Positions 26,559 to 32,000 of a DNA stretch of 32,000 bases are shown here, piece by piece (the first letter of the stretch is position 1; every line of letters starts with the position of its first letter). Both the position numbers and the translations under genes were made by a program. The stretch is from Pseudoalteromonas translucida KMM 520 (GTDB lineage Bacteria > Pseudomonadota > Gammaproteobacteria > Enterobacterales > Alteromonadaceae), in contig NZ_CP011034.1 in NCBI RefSeq assembly GCF_001465295.1, forward strand, positions 2,400,001 through 2,432,000, read 5' to 3'. Below the pieces are notes generated by a model. The model worked only from the letters and a program-made list of their open reading frames with translations. It ran no database searches and was not told the origin of the DNA.

Positions 26559-27302
26559 CTACTCAACCAACTCTAAGTGCAGCTGCTTCAAACTGCCCTT
26601 ACTTATTGTATTTGGTAGCGGTAATTTTATATGGCTGAGACTGTTTGGTGCGAAAAAAACATCGTATCCTTGTGCTTTTAATTGCTGTTTAAGAATACGC
26701 TGTAGCAACACTCCACTATTAACATTAGTTAACTTTAGTTCGTAGTCGCTTAATCGGCTAGCTCCCGCTCCTATATTATGAATATTAGCTGTAATATTAG
26801 CCCCCTCAATTGAAAGAGGCCCCACCATTAAACTTGGCCGGAGTTTAGGTTGGTCAACATGTACAACTAAGTTAAAATTTAATAGTAATCTTAGTTTTGA
26901 GCTGTTACTAGTAAGGTGAGTAGCTATCGGTTGTTCAACTAAGCTAACCTGATAGCTTTTATCTGTGCCTGGCAGTGCTTTTGCAAGCCATTTAAATTGT
27001 AATCGTTGTGCCTGCCCAGGCTTTAAATACAAGGACGGAGGAAAAACCCATAATGGCGATTCAGTTAGCGCTACTAACTGCGGCTCTTGGGTAATGTTTT
27101 GCTCGCTAAATTGAATTTCAAAAATTTGGATATCAAATGCAATATCACGAGGTAAATCATTATGTACTAAACTACTGGTACTGTTCCCCCCTTTATTAAG
27201 TGAAAAAGTGACCACCATAGGTGTTATTTCAATTGCGTACGCAAATCCCGCTAACATAAACCAAGTGCATACTGAAAAGCTTAAAAAAAATAGCTTACTC
27301 AT
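26559..27302 (-). CDS. Periplasmic pilus chaperone, PapD-like (archaic CsuC type), copy 2
   Basis: 247 aa with a signal peptide. Several segments are collinear with my recollection of CsuC: IEITPMVV, DIQIFEIQF, VFPPSLYLKPGQAQRLQFKW, KSYQVSLVEQPI and LRLLLNFNLVVHV. Confidence 0.7.
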   Translation of the reverse strand: MSKLFFLSFSVCTWFMLAGFAYAIEITPMVVTFSLNKGGNSTSSLVHNDLPRDIAFDIQIFEIQFSEQNITQEPQLVALTESPLWVFPPSLYLKPGQAQRLQFKWLAKALPGTDKSYQVSLVEQPIATHLTSNSSKLRLLLNFNLVVHVDQPKLRPSLMVGPLSIEGANITANIHNIGAGASRLSDYELKLTNVNSGVLLQRILKQQLKAQGYDVFFAPNSLSHIKLPLPNTISKGSLKQLHLELVE

Positions 27303-28000
27303 TCCTGCACCACTGTTAATTGACTTAGTTGCGGGTTAAATTGTGCAGGCATTTTTAGCATCACTTCACGGCTAGAATGAGGTAATAAAAACTTACTTGA
27401 TAATGCATCTTTCAACTCAGTCTCTTTTAAAACTAACTTGTCATTTGGTCCTTCAATTATCCACTGGGTTTTTGTTAGGCGAATATACTTGTTGCCGGTA
27501 TTTTCTAACTTTACCTTCCATACACCATCTGCAGCTTGCTGTTTACTTTTAATAACTAACTGTGCTTGGGCTTTGCTTGGAACTACATTATAAAGAGTTT
27601 GAAAAACATAACCTACTCCTATCGATGGCTGGCTCCTTCCAGTGAAATCAACAGCAAGCTGCTTTACCTCAATCCGATACGATTTAGATGCCATTAACAT
27701 AGGTTCACCAATATACTTTACAATAACGGCCTGACTGTCCCCTGGTGCTAAAGTTGCTGTCAGTGGTATAATTAAAAAATCCTTGTCATTAACAAGTAAC
27801 TCTTCTTTGCCCTGTGAGTTTATTAATAAATCAAAGCTGGCAATTGCAACCGACAATGGTTGCTCTGTGGTATTGGTCACGCGCAATATTAGTTGAGAGC
27901 TCCTACCTAATGGTTGCAAATCGGCCACCATAGGTTCAATTCTGAATGCAAAAGTTAAGTGAGAAATAAATAGTGCTATAATAAGGATAGACGCTCTCAT
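27299..28000 (-). CDS. Periplasmic pilus chaperone, PapD-like (archaic type), copy 1
   Basis: 233 aa with a signal peptide. It has the motifs FRIEPMVADL, IIPLTATLAPGDSQAVIVKY and KSYRIEVKQLAV (CsuC has SYRLIVDELP), plus a second Ig-like lobe. Its stop overlaps the start of copy 2 in ATGA. Confidence 0.65.
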   Translation of the reverse strand: MRASILIIALFISHLTFAFRIEPMVADLQPLGRSSQLILRVTNTTEQPLSVAIASFDLLINSQGKEELLVNDKDFLIIPLTATLAPGDSQAVIVKYIGEPMLMASKSYRIEVKQLAVDFTGRSQPSIGVGYVFQTLYNVVPSKAQAQLVIKSKQQAADGVWKVKLENTGNKYIRLTKTQWIIEGPNDKLVLKETELKDALSSKFLLPHSSREVMLKMPAQFNPQLSQLTVVQE

Positions 28001-28025
28001 TGGTGGTCCCTCTTTTCTAACCTTT

Positions 28026-28052
28026 AAAATAAAAGGCAGCTTAAGCTGCCTT
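28026..28052 (-). terminator. Intra-operon rho-independent terminator/attenuator after the putative major pilin gene
   Basis: On the minus strand, AAGGCAGC-TTAA-GCTGCCTT is followed by TTTTATTTT. It lies in the 68-nt gap between the 170-aa subunit gene and chaperone 1. Confidence 0.65.
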
Positions 28053-28068
28053 GTTGTTTATTACATAA

Positions 28069-28581
28069 CTACATAGCAGTAATAGTTAGTAATAAATTAT
28101 CTTCATAGTTCCCAGCCATCGTATTACCGTAGCCGCCAGTAAGAGAAACTGTAAGAGTTGCAGCAGAGCCATCAGCTATCTCTGCAGAGCTTGTCAAGGC
28201 TTGTGTGTTTATAGTAGGTTTAGCTGTGTTATTTGCATTCATTACTAGTTCCCAACCACTAATTGCGTCTGCAATTTCCAGTTTCGCTGTATATTTAACG
28301 CCATATGCAGCATTTGCTTGATTTTCTAACCAGCCATTAGACGATTTTAATTTAATCTCGGCATCATTAGCGCTATTACATTCCACGGTGAAACCAAGAG
28401 CGATAGGAGTAGAGCTTGTTGGATTTTTTATTGCTGCCTCAGTAAATTCAAAGTCGCCTGAAATTCCAGATGCTTCACAAACAACTGCCACCTCTCCACC
28501 AGGTGAAAAATCATGACTAGTTGCTAATGCTGAACCTGATGATAATACTGCTATTGCTGATAATACGATTAACTTTTTCAT
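28069..28581 (-). CDS. SCPU-domain pilin, putative major subunit (CsuA/B-like)
   Basis: The signal peptide is MKKLIVLSAIAVLSSGSALA. There is a Cys pair (VVCEASG..FTVECNS). The C-terminal motif AGNYEDNLLLTITAM resembles CsuA/B GDYKDTLLVTVNF. A good AAGGAA RBS lies upstream and a terminator follows. Confidence 0.7.
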   Translation of the reverse strand: MKKLIVLSAIAVLSSGSALATSHDFSPGGEVAVVCEASGISGDFEFTEAAIKNPTSSTPIALGFTVECNSANDAEIKLKSSNGWLENQANAAYGVKYTAKLEIADAISGWELVMNANNTAKPTINTQALTSSAEIADGSAATLTVSLTGGYGNTMAGNYEDNLLLTITAM

Positions 28582-28623
28582 TGTTATATTCCTTTTCCAT
28601 GTGATATATGTTTAATAAATGTT

Positions 28624-29094
28624 TTACCGCACACCACCAGAGACAACAGATGGCGTCATTTCTATGCGAATAACATCCCGGTATTCTCCTGCATAAATTA
28701 AAGGATCAACTAGCTCAAGTTGTAATTTGGCTATGCTATTAAATAGAATTTTATTAATGTTAAATGCCTGTGACACTTTTAATGTCTGTGCTGACACAGA
28801 TAAACTTTGATTAGCATCCGCAATTGACAAGTTAACATTATAAGCATTTAAGTGAGTACTTTGCTGGTGGCGTAAACCGCCGTTTTCTGACAGCATTGAT
28901 ACTCGCATAGGTGAATTGCAATTTATCACCAGCTCTGTATTAGCGAAGCCTTCTGAAGAAAAAGTTAAATTATTATTGTCTGTCGTAAACTCACATTTAG
29001 GCGAAATATACCCAACTAAAGTTAGAGCCACTTCATCGTTGCTATACGCATTAAATGCAAGGCAACACAATAAATAACTTATATACTCTTTCAT
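28624..29094 (-). CDS. SCPU-domain minor pilin subunit (first gene of the operon)
   Basis: It has a signal peptide, a Cys pair (SPKCEFTT..LVINCNSP) and the C-terminal motif AGEYRDVIRIEMTP. Confidence 0.6.
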   Translation of the reverse strand: MKEYISYLLCCLAFNAYSNDEVALTLVGYISPKCEFTTDNNNLTFSSEGFANTELVINCNSPMRVSMLSENGGLRHQQSTHLNAYNVNLSIADANQSLSVSAQTLKVSQAFNINKILFNSIAKLQLELVDPLIYAGEYRDVIRIEMTPSVVSGGVR

Positions 29095-29813
29095 CCGTAC
29101 TGAATCCTTTTAAGCAACCTCACTAACACGCTTCTAATCCTAAGGTATAATTTCAGTTTAGCGTGTTGCTATTTGCTTAAGGAAACCGTAATACAATGCA
29201 AAAATATCCTTTCACTGCTTAATTAAAATAAACATATTATCTAAACAATTACTAAGTTAGTACAAAACTAAAAATACCGCCAACACCTGCTTAACTTGGG
29301 ATTAAAGCCATTTAGTGTTTATAAAATGTAAAATAAAACGATAAATAACGTATAAACAAAAGTTGAGTTACAAGCCGATCTTTGATCCCATTAGTAAACT
29401 GAACATAATTAAACAAATAAGTCTGTTCTATCTCTTTTTTAAGTCTTTGACGTGTATGTTGCCGTATACGCAGCTTTAACCAGTAAAATATAACACTAAA
29501 ACTATGCTTCAAAAGCTAAAAACCCTCGGCTAAATATACGGCTGATTAATTAACTCTAGTATCATAGCCACCAAGGTTTGTTTAGACTCTCTGCACAGGC
29601 ATTTCAGTACAATTGACTTCCCTACCTCAAATGGTCGATGTTCACTTAAGCGCAATAGGCGTTAATGCAGCTAAGGCATGCTCTATTTTATTAATCATAA
29701 TGCGTCAGGCTAACATCAAAAATAAATACGTTTTTAAACGCTGCTGCATTAGCGCTATGCCGTAAATTAACCCTATAAGTGCTTTTGCACTTCAAAATAA
29801 AAAAGGAATAATC

Positions 29814-31019
29814 ATGCGCGAAGCAGTTATAGTTTCTACCGCCAGAACGCCTATGGGCAAAGCCTTTCGTGGTGCCTTTAACGATACCGAAGCGCCTGCA
29901 TTATCAGGTCATGCGGTTGAGCAAGCCGTTAAACGCGCGGGTATTGATGGTGCAGAAGTTGATGATGTGATCATTGGTTGTGCAGCGCAGCAAGGTACTC
30001 AAGGCTATAACTTGGGCCGTTTAACGGCGACCGCTGCAGGTCTGCCTAATAGCGTGCCGGGTATGACCCTTGACCGTCAGTGTTCGTCTGGATTAATGAG
30101 TATAGGTTTTGCGGCGCAAAATATTATGCTTGGTTCAATGGATATTGTGGTTGCCGGTGGCGTTGAATCTATTTCTATGGTGCAAAACAAACACAAAAAT
30201 ACTTATCGTAATATTTCTAAAAAAGTACTGTCGCATTCAGAGCATGCCTATATGCAGATGATCGAAACCGCAGAAGTTGTTGCAAAACGCTACAACATTT
30301 CACGTTTAGCACAAGATGAGTACAGCTTACAGTCTCAGCTGCGTATTGCAGCGGCGCAAAAAAATAATCTGTTTGATAATGAAATTGTGCCAATGGCATC
30401 CACCAAATCAGTATTTAACCGCGAAACCAAAGAGGTAACCTTTGAGGACGTATTGCTAGCTAAAGATGAAGGTAACCGCCCTTCTACAACTCTCGAGAGC
30501 CTACAAAGCTTAGAGCCGGTTTGGAAAGATGGTCGCGTTATTTCACAAGGTGAATTTATTACAGCAGGTAATGCAAGTCAGTTATCTGATGGCGCGTCTG
30601 CTTGTGTGGTAATGGACTCACAATTAGCGGCGCAAAAAGGCTTAGCGCCAATGGGGGTGTTTCGTGGTATGGCGGTTGCAGGTTGCGAGCCCGATGAAAT
30701 GGGTATTGGCCCTGTGTATGCTATTCCTAAGCTATTAAAACAACATGGTTTATCAATTGATGATATTGGTTTATGGGAAATTAACGAAGCATTTGCGTGT
30801 CAGCTTATTTATTCGCGCGACTACCTCGGTATTGATAACAATAAACTTAACGTTAATGGCGGCGCTATCGCCATTGGTCATCCCTTTGGTATGAGTGGCG
30901 CACGTATGGTGGGCCATGCCCTTATTGAAGGCAAGCGTCGCGGTGTTAAATATGTTGTGGTGAGCATGTGTATTGGTGGTGGCATGGGTGCGGCAGGCTT
31001 ATTTGAGGTGTGCCTGTAA
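29814..31019 (+). CDS. Acetyl-CoA C-acyltransferase / thiolase
   Basis: 401 aa. The thiolase signatures are present: LDRQCSSGL (nucleophilic Cys), [22 protein letters not shown] and [13 protein letters not shown]. Confidence 0.9.
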   Translation: MREAVIVSTARTPMGKAFRGAFNDTEAPALSGHAVEQAVKRAGIDGAEVDDVIIGCAAQQGTQGYNLGRLTATAAGLPNSVPGMTLDRQCSSGLMSIGFAAQNIMLGSMDIVVAGGVESISMVQNKHKNTYRNISKKVLSHSEHAYMQMIETAEVVAKRYNISRLAQDEYSLQSQLRIAAAQKNNLFDNEIVPMASTKSVFNRETKEVTFEDVLLAKDEGNRPSTTLESLQSLEPVWKDGRVISQGEFITAGNASQLSDGASACVVMDSQLAAQKGLAPMGVFRGMAVAGCEPDEMGIGPVYAIPKLLKQHGLSIDDIGLWEINEAFACQLIYSRDYLGIDNNKLNVNGGAIAIGHPFGMSGARMVGHALIEGKRRGVKYVVVSMCIGGGMGAAGLFEVCL

Positions 31020-31074
31020 GGCAATCTTGATTTGCACAGCAACATGTTAGTCTAATTTAAGTAAGGAGATATTA

Positions 31075-31869
31075 ATGTCTATACTCGATAGATTTCGCCT
31101 CGATGGCCAAGTCGCTATTGTTACCGGCTCAGGGCGTGGCATAGGTGCAGCCATTGCACTGGCATTAGCCGATGCCGGTGCCGATATTGTAGTCACGGCC
31201 AGAACCATCGAAGATATTGAACAAACAGCAGCGCAAATACGCCAACGTGGCAGCCGCGCTTTAGTAGTCGCGTGCGATGTACTTGATGAGCAACAACGAC
31301 AGTCATTAGTTGATAAAACAATTGAGCATTTTGGCCGACTTGATATTTTAGTCAATAACGTCGGTGGCTCAGGCGCAATTAAGCCTACACTTAGCAGCAG
31401 CGCAGCAGAGTTAGAAAATTGCTTTAAGCTCAATACCGCTACCGCGTTTGATTTGTCACGTATTAGTGCCCCGCACATGGTAAATACCAGTGGCCAAGGC
31501 AGTATCATTAATATTTCATCGGTAGCTGGGCAATTAGCTCAGCCCGGCTTTATTAGTTACGGCATCGCCAAAGCGGCATTAAATTTTATGACGCTTAATT
31601 TAGCACAAGATTTTGCACCTAAAGTGCGCGTTAATGCAATTAGTGTAGGCTCAACCCTTACCGAAGCACTTAAAGGCGTAATGAATGATGAAATGGAGCA
31701 GGCTATTGTTAAACGTACACCTATGAATCGCTTAGGTCAGCCTGAAGATGTAGCGGCTTGTGCGCTATTTTTAGCCTCGCCTGCGGCAGGTTATATTACT
31801 GGTGAAATTTTTGGTGTTAATGGAGGGCTAACCGACGCGCCAATGCCTATGCCTCGCAGTAACTTTTAA
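31075..31869 (+). CDS. Classical SDR-family oxidoreductase (FabG / 3-oxoacyl reductase-like)
   Basis: It has TGSGRGIGAAIA (TGxxxGxG), NNVG and the catalytic YGIAK (YxxxK). It lies 55 nt downstream of the thiolase gene, so it is probably co-transcribed. Confidence 0.85.
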   Translation: MSILDRFRLDGQVAIVTGSGRGIGAAIALALADAGADIVVTARTIEDIEQTAAQIRQRGSRALVVACDVLDEQQRQSLVDKTIEHFGRLDILVNNVGGSGAIKPTLSSSAAELENCFKLNTATAFDLSRISAPHMVNTSGQGSIINISSVAGQLAQPGFISYGIAKAALNFMTLNLAQDFAPKVRVNAISVGSTLTEALKGVMNDEMEQAIVKRTPMNRLGQPEDVAACALFLASPAAGYITGEIFGVNGGLTDAPMPMPRSNF

Positions 31870-31893
31870 CGTCCTCACTGTGTTCAAACGAAG

Positions 31894-31920
31894 CCCGCTT
31901 ATTAAGCGGGTTTAGTTTTA
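31894..31920 (+). terminator. Rho-independent terminator after the thiolase-SDR pair
   Basis: CCCGCTT-ATT-AAGCGGG followed by TTTAGTTTT. Confidence 0.6.
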
Positions 31921-32000
31921 CAGCCCTTCTTACTCTTTAGTTAATTTTTAAACTCACAGCCTTCACTGCAAGTTTATTCTGTAAGCTTTTAGTAAAGTTA

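Noticed and set aside
29110-29180. A fimS-like invertible promoter switch for the pilus operon.
   Set aside because: There is no site-specific recombinase gene in or near the locus. The arms are only 8 bp and enclose less than 60 bp. The TATAAT in the centre (29146..29151) points away from the operon in the present orientation, and that alone is not evidence for inversion.
29312-29512. A 66-aa ORF in the pilus upstream region, and a 68-aa ORF at 22638..22844.
   Set aside because: Both lie in very AT-rich intergenic DNA where random ORFs with Lys/Ile/Phe/Tyr-rich translations are expected. Neither has an RBS, and the second overlaps the regulator's 5' end on the opposite strand.
31047-31508. 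A 153-aa ORF antisense to the SDR gene.
   Set aside because: It is a shadow ORF opposite a CDS with unambiguous SDR motifs, and its translation is low-complexity.
1-32000. CRISPR arrays, tRNA or rRNA genes, and known defence-system gene signatures such as nucleases, helicases or methyltransferases.
   Set aside because: I saw no regularly spaced direct repeats, no cloverleaf-type sequences other than the tRNA-like end of tmRNA, and no ORFs with such motifs.

Overview
This window looks like a chromosomal segment from an AT-rich marine gammaproteobacterium. The gene content, a MotY gene and the tmRNA tag ANDDNYSLAA suggest Alteromonadales, possibly Pseudoalteromonas-like, but this is inference only. 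Most of it is housekeeping and transport genes: mnmC (5'-partial), an atypical SDR, a TauE/SafE permease, gltS, ssrA (tmRNA), a DUF342/FapA-like gene, rnt, motY, an EamA transporter, a tyrP-like permease, ggt, a small lipoprotein, a TonB-dependent receptor, and a thiolase plus SDR pair. Three parts look accessory. (1) A roughly 1.4-kb IS4-family insertion sequence (5145-6542) has a frameshifted transposase and a 12-bp target-site duplication. It sits in the loop of what was a perfect 15-bp hairpin between convergent gltS and the next gene. (2) A 1252-aa protein with a periplasmic beta-propeller/Y_Y_Y sensor, a TM segment and GGDEF plus EAL domains lies directly downstream of ssrA. (3) The most interesting locus is a six-gene archaic (sigma/Csu-type) chaperone-usher pilus operon on the minus strand (23310-29094). 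It encodes two SCPU-type subunits, two tandem and very divergent PapD-like chaperones, an usher and a two-domain tip subunit. It has an internal terminator after the putative major pilin and a 720-bp AT-rich leader region. A convergent CsgD/VpsT-family LuxR regulator overlaps its 3' end and carries a near-consensus c-di-GMP motif (WFPR). There are also two frameshifted genes: the IS transposase, and a GNAT acetyltransferase broken in an A8 run. I saw no CRISPR array, rRNA or tRNA. All family assignments come from motif recognition by eye, with no database search.
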